From: Octopus sinensis
Lineage: Eukaryota
Assembly: GCF_006345805.1 (NCBI RefSeq)
Contig: NC_043009.1
Coordinates: forward strand, 3,162,001 to 3,226,000
Direction: 5' to 3'
DNA: 64,000 nucleotides
The notes below the pieces were generated by a model, which did not search any database, was not told the origin of the DNA, and saw only the letters and a list, made by a program, of their open reading frames with translations. Position numbers and translations under genes: made by a program. Of the stretch, positions 41,120 through 57,075 are shown in pieces; position 1 is the first letter of the stretch; every line of letters begins with the position of its first letter.

Positions 41120-41280
41120 TCCTTTCTACTGTAGGCACTAAACTTGAAATTTAGAAGAGGAGATGGTCCTAGTGCGTAAGTGGTACTTAACCGTCCCTGA
41201 AAGTCGACCTGGGCAGAATATGAACTCAGAACGTAGCGGCAGACGAAATACAGCTAAGTATTTGGCCCGGCATGCTAACG
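41120..41280 (-). mobile_element. SINE family B (deleted)
   Basis: AAGTCGACC..GAACTCAGAACGTAGCGGCAGACGAAATAC. Confidence 0.8.
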
Positions 41281-41695
41281 CAACTGTGGCAATTATCTAA
41301 ATATTAATAACGACAATTATAAAAAAATGATGGCATCAGTAATAATATGAATGTGAGCGATAGAATGGGGAATAGTGATAATAATTCTTCGAAAGTAATC
41401 TGGAGAATCAATCGTCATCTCAAAATATGTATACTAAACTCGTTAGACTTGGTTGGTAGTCCGACTAGGAGAAGAAACACTCTGATTTAAAAAGGGCGAT
41501 AGTAGGGAGTCCCTAATCACCTTGGTGACGACCTGTCAGTACCCAACGGCTTCATCGTTGTCATGAAAGCGGATGAAGCGTGACTCGGATCCATCTTCCA
41601 AGTAATGGTCGGATGAGAATAGTTGACCAACCGCCATAACCTATTTCCTCATAAGAAACATGCACATCATATGAATAGCATCTTTCCCTCGTGAA

Positions 41696-41946
41696 GGAGT
41701 GGCTGTGTGGTAAGAAGCTTGCTTACCAACCACATGGTTCCGGGTTCAGTCCCACTGCGTGGCACCTTGGGCAGGTGTCTTCTACTTTAGCCACGGGCCG
41801 ACCAAAACCTTGTAAGTGGATTTGGTAGATGGAAACTGAAAGAAGCCCGACGTATATATGTGTGTGTGTTTTTGTGTCTGTGTTTGTCCCCCCAACATCG
41901 CTTGACAACCGATGCTGGTGTATTTACTTCCCAATAACTTAGCGGT
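41696..41946 (+). mobile_element. SINE family A, 3'-truncated
   Basis: Head and body match family A. Confidence 0.88.
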
Positions 41947-42275
41947 TGGTGAATACCCTTAAAATAAACTTCAAGTATCAGCAGAAAATGCCTACACTCA
42001 AAGTCCAAGTTAGAGAAAATGTTGGTGCAATGAAATAAGCCGAACTGTAAATCGAGTGCTAGATTAGAGAGGAACCCATTGGAAGGGAATTTGGAAAACG
42101 CATGAGAGGAAAATGGGATAAAATAGAACTCTTTGAACTAAGTAAGCAACTGTTGCCTGATCAAGGAAGATCGATTAGGACAAATGGTTGGTTATCAGAC
42201 ATGGAAACTGATGAGTGGGAAGTGTTTCATTTGGGAATTCTCTAATATAACGGCACATCATTCTTGTTTGTTTGT

Positions 42276-42490
42276 TCGTTTCAGTCATTTGACTGCGGCC
42301 ATGCAGGAGCACCACATTTAGTCGGGCAAATCAACCCCAGGACTAATTCTTGGTAAGTCTAGTAGTTATTCTATCGGTCTCTCTTGTTGAACCGCTAAGT
42401 GACGGGGACGTAAACACACCAGCATCGGTTGTGAAGCGATGTTGGGGGACAAACACAGACACACAACACAACACCACACACACATATATA

Positions 42491-42551
<61 letters not shown>

Positions 42552-42629
42552 ATATATACTTGATACTTTGATACTTTGATAGGTTTCGGCCATTATTGGC
42601 CCAGGCCATGTCTAACTTAATAGCACCAC

Positions 42630-42666
<37 letters not shown>

Positions 42667-42861
42667 TATATATATATATATATATATATGTATACGACTG
42701 GCTTCTTTCAGTTTCCGTCTACCAAATCCACTCACACGCAAGGCTTTGGTCGGCCCGAGGCTATAGTAGAAGACACTTGCCCAAGGTGCTACGCAGTGGG
42801 ACTGAACCCAGAACCATGTGGTTGGTAAGGAAGCTACTTGCCACACAGCCACTCCTGCGCC
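42276..42861 (-). mobile_element. SINE family A with a ~70-bp insertion in its (TA)n
   Basis: Full-length reverse complement; insert at ~42559-42630. Confidence 0.9.
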
Positions 42862-43124
42862 TGTCTATGTTTTTTGATCATCATCGTGTTCTTGCAACGG
42901 AAACACTTCTCAGTCTTTCTGCTTCAATTGCCGACAATTTATTTATAAATCACTATCATCATTCATTTCTCTGTACTCAAGAGGCCCGCTATCCATTAGC
43001 GCAACATTGTCACTGTTTTCTATTTTCCTTTTTATTTCTTAAATTTCCATGTCTGATAACCAACAGTACGCACAGATAGAGTAATTAAGGCCAATAAGCA
43101 GAATATAGTTGTTAGAGATCACCA

Positions 43125-43460
43125 AGAAAAAACTTTGCTTTCTAATCGATGCATCAAAGCCGACAGATGACAATGTTTCTTTAAAAGGAAGGGAGAAACT
43201 TTCAAAATACAAAGTATCGTAGTAGGCGCATTAGGTAACATGAACAATCTTCAGCAAATGCGTAACAAAAACATCTGTACTAACAAATATATATAAAATA
43301 CAGAAAATAGTTCTACTTTGTACGACAAACATCCTACGTAAAACACTTTGAATACAGTAAAAATAAGAGCATCAGAACAATCCACAGCACATACCCAAGG
43401 AACACAAAGCTGCGCTCGGTAGTGCAGTGAAAGCACGTGATAAGAATGAAACTACTGAAT
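43125..43460 (+). mobile_element. R4/Dong-type LINE 3' fragment
   Basis: Homologous to 31300-31645, including GCTGCGCTCGGTAGTG..AAACTACTGAAT. Confidence 0.82.
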
Positions 43461-43710
43461 TATACTAATAGAAATGATGATGGTGCCTTAAAAAGAAGGA
43501 AGCCAATAAGTAGATGAAGGATGAAGGAAGGTAAATAAGGATATATATATGTTTATGTGGCCGCGTCGTTGTGTTTCTGACAATGTTTGAACAATACGAT
43601 AAATAATCTTGGAGGCGATGCCCTACCAAATCGTAAGGCCCAACCATATATGTGTGTTTGTCCATGTATGTGCGTGTGTGTACTCATAATATATATGAAA
43701 TATATATATG

Positions 43711-43747
<37 letters not shown>

Positions 43748-44211
43748 TATATACACACATATTCACGTATAATGTATAATATACATTATTTTATCGTACC
43801 TATGTAATGGTTTTATGTGTTTGAATGTATGTAGCTAAGTATGCCTGTATGCGTATACAGGCCCATTAATGATTAAAAGAAAATTATGTATACATACGAT
43901 ATATTGCTAGCACAATAAGGCCATCAATAAGCACCACATTTTTGTACTCTTATTGTATTTCAATTCGCGCCTCTGTTTCATTATTATTTTTTTAAACATT
44001 TTTACATTGTTTCTACAGAAGCGAACGTTCCACTTAGATATAATTACGAATGTATTCTGTGAATTTCGATGTTTCTATGGGTTCTTATATAATTTTACAG
44101 AATAATTTCCTCAATTACATTTTACCACTTATATTGCAAGTATGTCATTCAAAGAGAAAGAATATACATACATGTGTGTGTGTATCTGTGTATGCATTTA
44201 TGTGTGTATGA

Positions 44212-44273
<62 letters not shown>

Positions 44274-44490
44274 TATACATATGTGCATATATAATACTTA
44301 TATTTATATAAGTATATATACATGTATATATAGATGTATATACATACGTATATATATATATGTATATATAAATATGTATATATATATATATGTATATATA
44401 TATGTATTTATATGTATATATATATATATGTATATATTATATGTATATATATATAATATATATATATATATTAATATATATATATATATA

Positions 44491-44545
<55 letters not shown>

Positions 44546-44928
44546 TAGATATAGATAGATAGATTGATAGATAGATAGATACCGAAAACAATGAAAAGAA
44601 TTCAACAAGCTCCATGCGCATATAGGTGATGGTGCGCTACTGTTTGATGAAGATAATGGTGATGATGATGTTGATGATGCGGAAAAAGAAGGGATAAATA
44701 CATAAGGAATACAATGCATTCTTCTGTGTAAAACTAGAAATGAGAAAAGTAAACAAAAGCAAGAAAATTCAGCATTATAGGTATTTCTCCTTTTTCAGTG
44801 ACATGAGAAGAATAAATACACAGTAACACAGTACAATTATATTCAGATAATGAATTTCCAATATTCATACCTTAATGCAAACATCATACGCTTATGAAAC
44901 TTTATATTTATGTACGTATATATGATTG

Positions 44929-45212
44929 TGGAAGGCGCAATGGCTCAGAGGTCGGAGGATTGCGGTTTCGATTCCTAGACCGGGCGTTGTGTTTGCTTAT
45001 TGAGCGAAAACACCTAAATTCACGAGGTTCTGGTAGGGGGTTTTGGTGACCCCTGTTGTACTCTTTCGCCACAACTTTCTCTCACACTCTCTTCCTGTTT
45101 CTTGAGTAACGCTGCGATGTACTGGTGTCCCGTCCAGCTGGGTTGGGGGAATACATACACCACAGAAACGGGGAAACCGGGCCCATGAACCTGGCTAGGC
45201 TTGAAAGTGCGA
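44929..45212 (+). mobile_element. SINE family C, tail type 1
   Basis: Homologous to 6427-6735. Confidence 0.85.
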
Positions 45213-45469
45213 CGTTTATCGTTATTTATGATTGTACACATTATACGCGCTATATATGTCTGTCTGTCTATCAATCTATCTATCTACCTATATATCTATA
45301 TATCTATCTTTATGTACTCATATGCGTCGCTGTATACACAACAAAAATTATCCCTTCTCTTCGAAGAAACTCCCTGAATTACTTTACACTTTTTATCCTT
45401 GATTTCATTCACTCTTATGGCTAGTGCAATAGTAAACACACTTCCGTATTTTAAATATTTGCACATTGA

Positions 45470-45630
45470 ATGTTTGCTCCCCCCCCCCGAAGCTCAAGTC
45501 CGGGGAAGTTTGTTTGTGGAAGACCAGCAATCACCCATAAATGCCAGTCTCCCCTATCCACCCACCGTTGTTATCCAAGGGAAAGGCAAATACCGGTTCA
45601 GCATGGCACCAGTAGCGTCGCAACTCATAT
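45470..45630 (-). mobile_element. SINE family D 3' fragment
   Basis: Reverse complement of 32890-33030. Confidence 0.7.
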
Positions 45631-46077
45631 GTCCGATGGTGGTGTTTCACACTGTAACCCTTCTCCTCCAGATTCCTCATATATCATCCTTTTTCAGTAG
45701 TTACCTATATGCACCTCTTTGTCAATCTAATGAAAATACGTGTCCAAGGTACATATCACACGTATATTGGTATTCCTAAATCGTAAACACAAATTGTATG
45801 AAAAGTTCTGTAGAAAACCTTACGGCTTCTATTTCATGCAACACGAATTCATGCCAGGTCATTGTACGTCCTTCTCATTTAACTGTGACTAGAAACTCAC
45901 ATTACAGTATCTGCTTGTAAGGAGAAAGTTGTAAACTCGAGAAGTCTTAATTTGTCATACAGTATAGACGTTTCTGTGCGCGTTGTGTGTATTTATGTAT
46001 ATGTATGTATATCCACACAGAGACTTATATATATATATATATACACATTAAATATGTGCATATATATATATATTATA

Positions 46078-46137
<60 letters not shown>

Positions 46138-46227
46138 GTGTTGTGCGCGCATTGTGTCCGTGTCAGTGTGTCTCAGCATGTAGTTTCAGCTCACGAGCTG
46201 TGGTCATGCTGGGGCACCGGCATTAGA

Positions 46228-46513
46228 TGAAAGGCAAAGTCGACCTCGGAATTTGAACTCAGAACGTAACGGCAGACGAAATACCTATTTCTTTACTACC
46301 CACAAGGGGCTAAACACAGAGGGGACGAACAAGGACAGACAAACGGATTAAGTCGATTATATCGACCCCATTGAGTAACTGGTACTTAATTTATCGACCC
46401 CGAAAGGATGAAAGGCGAAGTCGACATCGGCGGAAGTTGAACTCAGAACATAAAGACGGACGAAATACCGCTAAGCATTTCGTCTGGTGTGCTCACGTTT
46501 CTACCAGCTCGCC
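46228..46513 (-). mobile_element. SINE family B with partial tandem extension
   Basis: Full copy 46283-46513 plus a repeat of its internal segment at 46228-46283. Confidence 0.88.
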
Positions 46514-46572
46514 TAAGTTAGACATGGCCTGGACCAATCATTGGTCGAAACACATCTAAGTTTATCTAAGTT

Positions 46573-46605
<33 letters not shown>

Positions 46606-47009
46606 TATATATTGCAACACACGTTAAAAATATAAGATTACTTTTCTAGTAAGACTAGTTAGACTATATCTCAGCTGAAGATAGTAAATGAAGGTAGATT
46701 TTCTTATTCCTGTTGAGCAGGAAAAAAAATAAAGGAAAATAATTTGACTTGTTTTACGGTTGATTGCTCACACCTCGGCAGATAAATACTCTTCACACCT
46801 TGTTCCTTTTAAGGAGTAGCCAATCAGCCATAAATCATGTCAAGAAAATCTCTTTGATGCAAAATCTTTGTTTTGTTTCTGCCTTGCTCTCTCCACCTCT
46901 TGGTGTTGTTAATAAATTCTAACTTCTGATGTTAAGCCTTCCTTTCATTCTTAATGAATGTATTATTTTATCCCACTCTAATTCTCAGATGCTTGTGCGT
47001 CCTTAATGT

Positions 47010-47055
<46 letters not shown>

Positions 47056-47068
47056 ATATTATATCTAT

Positions 47069-47107
<39 letters not shown>

Positions 47108-47611
47108 TCTCCTTTTGAACACATACCATATCTGCATGGATTTATCTTCTTACTGCTGTATCTTCAAATCATACATTTTATTTCTGTATGTTTTTTTATG
47201 AACACCTATTTCAGTTTGTTTATAATATTTATGTCAAATACATCATTCTGGTTAGAAAAGCGCTCCTGCTTGGAATATCGTGTTATCTGGCATTTATTTG
47301 CTAGCATCAATGAGTCGAATATTTTTTTCTTATTTTCCGTGATCTCTAACAATTTCATGCAGGTTTTGTGGTCTTTTCTAATATTTATATATTTCTTTGT
47401 ATTTCTTATGTGCATATTACACCCTGCCATTTCTATTTAGCTGATTAAGGATGCGCTGTTTTCCCCCTCTTTTGCTAAACTTATATACTAACTATTTCTT
47501 TCGCTTTTCCTTGGTCGTTTACGGTGAGCAGTGTCAAACTCTATTTGGGGCGAATTCAGTTTTTGTTAATGTTTGGCTTCTCTGCCTTTCAAACATTGTT
47601 TTTTTTCCTTA

Positions 47612-49367
<1,756 letters not shown>

Positions 49368-50342
49368 TATATATATATATATATGTATATGTTTGTATGT
49401 CTGTGTTTGTCCCCCCAACATCACTTGACAACCGATGCTGGTGTGTTTACGTCTCCGTAACTTAGCGGTTCGGTTAGAGAATTCGGTAGAATAAGTACTA
49501 GGCTTACAAAGAATAAGTCCTGGGGTCGATTTGCTCGACTAAAGGCGGTGCTCCAGCATGGCCGCAGTCAAATGACTGAAACAAATAAAAGAGTAAAAGA
49601 GGATATTTGAATGTCCCAGCACTTTATCTTAGGCCTCATATTCCTCTTCGTCTCCTAGGAAAATAAATGTTATGTAATGATATACATACATTTTCTCTGA
49701 TGCTATCGTCTATGCACCTTGGCTATCTTTGATGTTTTACGTACCCATGAACACACCACTAACTAAATATCTAAGTAAAACTCTTTTTTCTACAGTGTAA
49801 GGACGATTAATATCGGAATGGAGTCTATTGTATTCTTCGGTGAGAAAAGCATATTCTCTTATTCCCTAAGTATATTATTAAGGGGAGTAAATTGGATGTG
49901 CTGACGCTATTTTCTCGGCAACTATTTGGTGAGTGAATCTAAGACAAAAGCATTCAAATGAAGAGTTTGTCTTGGAGAATTTTCTCGTTACTTTAACTAC
50001 GACTAGGATCTTTTTCAAAGGCAAATGAAATCAAACAAGCAAGATACATGTACACACATATACGTATATATATATAAATATATATAAATATATATATATT
50101 ATATATATATATATAGTATATGCGTGTATATATATATATACATACATATATATATATAAATGTGTGTGTGTGTGTATGTGTGTGAGTGTGTGTATGTGTG
50201 TGTTTATACAAACAGGCGTAGAAGCAGAGAGGGAGAAAGAATAAAGATAGGAGTAGTTATATGTGTCTATATAATATACTCACATTCATTCAGATACCGT
50301 CATACTTGCTTGCATACTTAAACGTATACACCCTCTCTCTCC

Positions 50343-50374
<32 letters not shown>

Positions 50375-50995
50375 ATCTCTCTCGCTCTTTCTTTCTCTTC
50401 GTTTCCATCTCAATAATACACACACACATACATACAAACATGCACACTGAATGAGAGAAGCTATCATACGTGAAAGACTTCAGTTCGAATTAAAGAAAAC
50501 GCTAATGATATAGAGATATTTGCAAAAGAAATTTACAAGTTGACTTTTCGACGAGCTTTAGTACCATTTGATAAAATTATATATCTAACGAATAGGAGGG
50601 CCCTGTGTTTTGTTTACACGTCGTATTCTTAGGTAGTTTTTCTGATTGCAAAATGAATCACCTTCATTAGCAGCTATTCATGAAGCCAGTGGAAAATGGT
50701 GGTGGATGTCGTAGCAGTCAGCTGTTCGTGCTTGTGGCAGCTACGATGATAAATCTCATTGGTGTAGGACTGCTAATAATGAAACCGATCCTCTTGTCAT
50801 TTTGGAATATTCTGTTGTCTTTCTGCGTCTTTTTCTGGCGAGGAATGGTAATTGGATTTCGTTACAGATTAGTTTGTTCTGGTCAAGAGTGGCTCTGTAT
50901 TTCATCAATTTTGATCAAAGTCATTTGCTTTATTCACTGCATAAAACTCTCGCTTCCCACTTAACTATCTATCTATCTATCTATATATATATCTA

Positions 50996-51049
<54 letters not shown>

Positions 51050-51065
51050 GCTAGCTATATATCTA

Positions 51066-51147
<82 letters not shown>

Positions 51148-51179
51148 GCTAGCTAGCTATATATCTATATCTATCTATA

Positions 51180-51224
<45 letters not shown>

Positions 51225-52111
51225 CTCTGTATATCTATCTATCCATCTATCACACACACACACACTCTCTCTCTATGTATATCTATCTATCATTATATCT
51301 ATCAATCTATCTATCTATCTATCACTCTCTCTCTCTGTATATCTATCTATCATTCTATCTATCATTCTATCTATCTATCTATCCTTCTATCTTTATCTCT
51401 CTACATTTATCTATTTATCTATTCATCTTACTGATATCTCTATCTCTTCTTGCGGTCTTCCAGTTTTTCCTTCCCCGATCCTTCTCACTCTTTCTCCTTT
51501 TCTCCATTTACCTCTCCTCCCACCACTTTATCCTCCCTTCCCCTGTCTTTAACTTCTACTTCTTTCTTCGTGCATTGAGTAACTTTGACTGTAGATAATT
51601 TAATGTTTAACACGAGTGTCGACGGAATTCAGCTTTCACGATAGTCAGTGTGAAAGGCGAGACGAGTATTAGATTTAAATAGCTCTTACTATTAAGTAGG
51701 TATTGAGAAAATCTAGAATCGGAAATATGGCGATGGCTGTTTCTCCTCATACGCTTATTTGGATTGTCCTTATTCTTATTGCCGCCGTTGTACTTGCCTT
51801 TGCCGCTGATGATTTTGATGATGGCGTTCATTGAGATGACCCTGATGGAGATGGTGTTGCTGTAGTTATATTACTGTTGTTGTTTAAAGATATTAGTGTC
51901 CAGCTCCGATTGCTGCAATAAGACTGGGTATTGAAGTAGTAGTAATGAATTAATTGACCGAAATGTATAAATATATATGAGGAAGAATGCATATATATTT
52001 CTATAGCTATGAATATATGAATATACGTGTGTGTATGTAAAAGTACTTCTATGGAGACATCCATATACATATGCGTGTTCGTGTGTATGTATAGATATAT
52101 GTATGTATGTG

Positions 52112-52160
<49 letters not shown>

Positions 52161-52729
52161 AATATGTCTGCTTATATATGTGATATGCATTCATACATAC
52201 ATAGATACATATATGCATACATACATACATATAATAAGGCAGACGACGCATATGTTTATGCATATCTGTAAGTCTGTATACGAATACGGCAAGAAGGAAA
52301 TATAATATTAAGTGAAGAAGCAATGGAGACTAATTAATTAAGAAAAATCAATGATTTGCATATCGCATTTACAGGATTACACCAACCCGCTGGTTGCTAG
52401 TGATATTTTAACGAAACAGTTATGAACAAGTCATATTCAAATTAAATTTAATATTTACTGATTAATAGTCGATGGAGCACAAGGAAGATTGTGTATTGAA
52501 CGAAATAAATGCTTTGTGTTATGTAGTGACTTCACACTATATCATCTGCCCAAATAGACACCGGCGTTGACATCATATGAAACAATCAATCGTGGATGAA
52601 ATGAGCATGAATAATATAGGAGTTCCAATTCCTGGACAATAGCTTGTGGCCATTTCTAAATACACGCATGCATATATTCAAATACACACACACACACACA
52701 TTCGCATATGCATACATACATACGTATAT

Positions 52730-52794
<65 letters not shown>

Positions 52795-52823
52795 ACGTAC
52801 GTATGTATGTATGTATGTATATG

Positions 52824-53290
52824 TCAGGTCACTTTCGAGTGCTACTGGTAACATGTAACCCAGTACAACCTGTTGCATTGTCGGGTCGTCGGTGACTAAA
52901 CCGGCAACCCCACCAAGCTTGCTTGGTGAGGGGGGTGTTTATTGGACACCCTGCGGGATGAAAAATAAAACCCATCAAAGGGCGGAGGAACTCTTGAGAG
53001 TCAACGGCCATCAAATAAATGTCTTAAGGCTGTATCATGCGCGGAGACATAGAAATAATCGGACTGAATACCCGACCGCGCGGTTAAACCATTGGTAGTG
53101 AAGGACTCCTAGCCTTTGTTAGGACATCCTTCTAGGAGAAGGTAACTCAGGTAATTGGGATAACTCCGACATAAAACATGCGGCTCATTGGTTACCGATG
53201 ATGTTGACTTGTTCTTCTTTTCGGATTATGGCTGCTGTTGCTTAGTGAGTGGGATTGACACAGTGCACAGCTTTTCCTCACTTAATAAAA
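52824..53290 (+). mobile_element. Probable RTE-derived non-autonomous element / 5' UTR
   Basis: GGACATCCTTCTAGGAGAAGGTAACTC resembles an RTE 5' UTR motif (similar at 41461-41487); several hairpins. Confidence 0.5.
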
Positions 53291-53378
53291 TATCTTCTTG
53301 TACAGGCATTGCACGATAACACCATTGATTAAGCTTCGTGCAATGGCCATACTCGATAACGAGGGGGCAGCCACCATG

Positions 53379-53432
<54 letters not shown>

Positions 53433-53789
53433 GATTTAGAACAAAGTGTAAAGGTTAGGCATTATAGTACTCGGAGTTACGAATGTCGACGCGAAAAACT
53501 ACGATACAGTCTCGTCCACTACTAATGGCAAGAGGCGCTATAAAAAATCCGTTGAATAAAATGTATATTACTGTAATAGATAGAAAAAGAAAACAGAAAA
53601 TGATATAGAATGCACAAAAACATGTTCTCACAATTCTTAGTCATAAACCTGCTGCATTCACAACGCCCACATAAGTACACACTCACATAAACATGTATGC
53701 GTATGTGCACATACATACACACATAAACACATATGTATGTACGTACTCATACATACACACATATCCACAGACATGCGCACACATGTGTG

Positions 53790-53846
<57 letters not shown>

Positions 53847-54302
53847 ACGCAACTCTATCCTCATAAATACAGGAGCTTTTTCTTTTTAAGTGTGTGAATG
53901 TGTACGTGTGTAGACTCTTTGAACGCAGGAGGTTTATGCCTATGTATTTTGAGAATATTATTGCGTGCATTGTTTATCTTTTTTCTTTTTATATTAGTAA
54001 CTTCTCTTTTATTCAACGGTTTTGTTGACACTAATAGCCGGCAAGAATTTATCGTAGCTCTTCGCTCCGACATTCGAAACTCCGAGTACTATAATGAGAA
54101 ACATTTACTCCTTGTTCTAAAGTATAACATATATAATCCGCTAGTTATCCAATATCGAGGTCTCGTTCTTTTCTTTTTTTATTATATATATACATATATG
54201 TACCGGACTAAGCACATAAATGCGAAACAAGGTTGAAAAAAGAGTACTCTAATACCAGCGGTAGAGTAATATGCTTTATTAAAGAGCAGCAGAAATATCA
54301 CA

Positions 54303-54348
54303 AAAACTGTTACTCAGTGTTTCACGTTGACGTTCATCGGAAAGTTTT
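54303..54348 (-). ncRNA. Hammerhead-like motif, variant core CCGAUGA
   Basis: AAAACUUU-CCGAUGA-ACG ucaa CGU-GAAAC acuga GUA^-ACAGUUUU (7/8 stem I pairs); decayed inverted copy at 54511-54552. Confidence 0.6.
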
Positions 54349-54918
54349 GTTTAGAATGGAATAGTCATCATTTTCAACTATATGGAGTAAAATATCATCA
54401 GGGCTTAATAAGCTAATACTACAAAGGGCAACCTTTGCTTTAAAGGATGCAGACGAATTACTAATAAGTTTAAAAAGTTAGATCGTATATGACCAATTCC
54501 ATTGTAAATAAATCTGTCCGACGAACGGCAACGCGAAGCTCTCAGTAGCATTTTATTCCTTCAGGTGGAGTAGCCCATCCCGTTCAAATAGTCCCTGAAT
54601 AATTGTTGTTGAACGAAACACCTATGTTCCAGAGGTGAATCCTAAACTATTCGTCTAAACACATGGCTATGTTTCTTCCCCACTACTTCTGCTCATACTT
54701 CTGCACATATCATCAGCCACTAAGAGACATGCTAAACTGGTTAAGGATAAGTAAAAGACAATCAAATCTGTGGTATTGAGCAGAATATTTGCTGTAGCCC
54801 ATCTTTTATACCAAGACAAATCACTGTACATGATAACAATTCCAATCAGTTAAGATCAGAAGCCATGAGAGCCACTGACTGGTACTACATCAGGGCATTT
54901 ATTATTATTATCATTATT

Positions 54919-54994
<76 letters not shown>

Positions 54995-55014
54995 TATTAT
55001 TATTATTATTATTT

Positions 55015-55340
55015 AGATTTGTACGTTGTGTGACCATAGCTGGGAGCAGTAATCCAAGCGACTGAGGACGAGTGTACTCCAGAGGACCATCATGGTTTCC
55101 TTCTCTGTGGTTCTGCATGTTCTCAGAATCCATCCAAGCAGCCGTCTGCACTTTGTCGTCATCCTGGTAATGTGCACTTGGAAAGGGGTATCATCATTCA
55201 TGTCGATACTCAGGTCTCTCACTCATTTAGGCTCGGTGATTGTAATCTCCTGTGGACCAGAGTTCCCTGTAAGTTTTGTATTCAGTTCTGGACGCTGGTA
55301 GCGCAGGGCTTGGAATGTTTCAGCATTAAACTGCATCGTG
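55015..55340 (-). mobile_element. CR1/L2-group LINE internal fragment
   Basis: MQFNAE..VRDLSIDMNDD..KCRRLLGWILRT..SRLDYCSQLWS; same family as 35477-36385. Confidence 0.88.
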
Positions 55341-56241
55341 TCATGTCTTCACTATGTTGACAACAAAGTGAAGACATGATACGAAACCGGTTATTTCTCT
55401 AAAAACTATGTTACTGTACGTAAAATGTCATAACATTTTTCTAGCATAACAACTTAAATATATTATTTAACCATATAACACAAGCCTTCTGTAGTTTTTT
55501 CACTCTTTTTTATTATATATATACTTGGAAGTGTATGCGTGGAGTTCGATTATATAATAACAAAATAATATATAAACACATGCATATATACATACTTATA
55601 TGTACATACCTACATCTATATGTATATATATATATACATGCCTATATGGGTACAGGGCACCAAAAAAAAAACGTTGAACACAATGAGAAACGAAAACAAA
55701 AACATAGAAACGGCCTTTTTTTCAAACACGAAATAACAGAGTACAAGACATACAACACAAGGAATATTCCCCTTCTTCAGTTGTCACTGTTGCGGCTACA
55801 CCACGTTCCGAAGGTAAGGACAAGACGCGACTTCGTTGAAACAGTCCTTCCCGCAAAACAAATAAAATGAAATTTGGGATTTTTTGCGGCGGGGTAAAAG
55901 TGGTAAAAAGAACAGGACAGTAGAAACAAAACAAGACAGTAAAACCAAATAAAACAAATAAAAAGAGTAAAAGACAGGACAAGGAGAATAACACAGTAAA
56001 AACAAATGATAAGGGATGTTAAGCCGAGACGATGGAAAAATTATTTTGATCGCATTCAGAAGACGGCTTACGTGTTGAGATGTTGACGGTAGCAGTCGGA
56101 AAGAAAGTATCCCTCTGGTCACGTGTCAGTGACGAAAGGGAGGAGGAGGAGGAGGAGGAGGAGTAAGAGAGAGGGAATGGTGAAAGGGAGAGGATAAGCA
56201 TAGGGAAGGATGGGAGAGAAAACCAGAAGGGATGAAGAACA

Positions 56242-56272
<31 letters not shown>

Positions 56273-56540
56273 GGAGGAAAAGTAAAGTTAAGAGTGCACA
56301 TCATAATTATTAGGATAAAACTTACTTGGAAATATATATATATATATATACATGCGGGATTTTGAGCATATGTGAGTTTGCATGTATATGGGAAGTTGGT
56401 CGTACACAACATGTTGTGGAGGTTATTTGGCGGCGCTGAATGAAAGAGATTTAATTTCAGGAAATACTGTGAAATATGAATTAATAGACCCTTTAAAGTT
56501 GAAAAGAACGGTCTTACTTGTTTTTGATGAACCAGATCTC

Positions 56541-56650
<110 letters not shown>

Positions 56651-56689
56651 CTTGTTAATCCTTCATGGAGGTAGAGGTTTTCTTTGAAT

Positions 56690-57075
56690 CCCCATGTCGA
56701 TTTCGAAGGTTTACCTATACAGAATCATACAGTTGTGAACTTTCATGTTCAAGAGTCATTGACAAAAACTATAAAGAGAAAGTAACACAAAGAGATCAGT
56801 GGCATTATATTTAATGAAACTATCAACAAGTTGTTTACCCAATGATATATATGGAGATTACGTTTTTGTTAAGATTCCTTACGGGTTAGCGGGCATAATC
56901 ACCCTCCTAGCAAAGTTTCGTAGTGAATGTGAATATGGAGTGATATTTATTCAGAAGCAGGCTGGGGCAAGTATGGATATTTATTCTAACTTCATAGGTA
57001 TCATCAGCATAGCATTACTAGTCGTGCGTCCAACGGAAATGATTCTTATACCTAATTTATCGGGGTTAGTTACTA
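56690..57075 (-). pseudogene. Decayed RTE-type reverse transcriptase fragment
   Basis: GIRIISVGRTTSN / YADDT at ~57000-57055, then GILTKT and VDSFIKY in the expected order. Confidence 0.55.

Noticed and set aside
50680-51831. ORFs 50680-50964 (+) and 51607-51831 (-) as genes
   Set aside because: Short, no recognisable domain and no convincing splice pairing; may be regulatory or UTR sequence
52826-52900. HDV-like ribozyme (7-bp P1 with a first G-U pair)
   Set aside because: No P3/L3, no GG for P1.1 and no J4/2 could be placed
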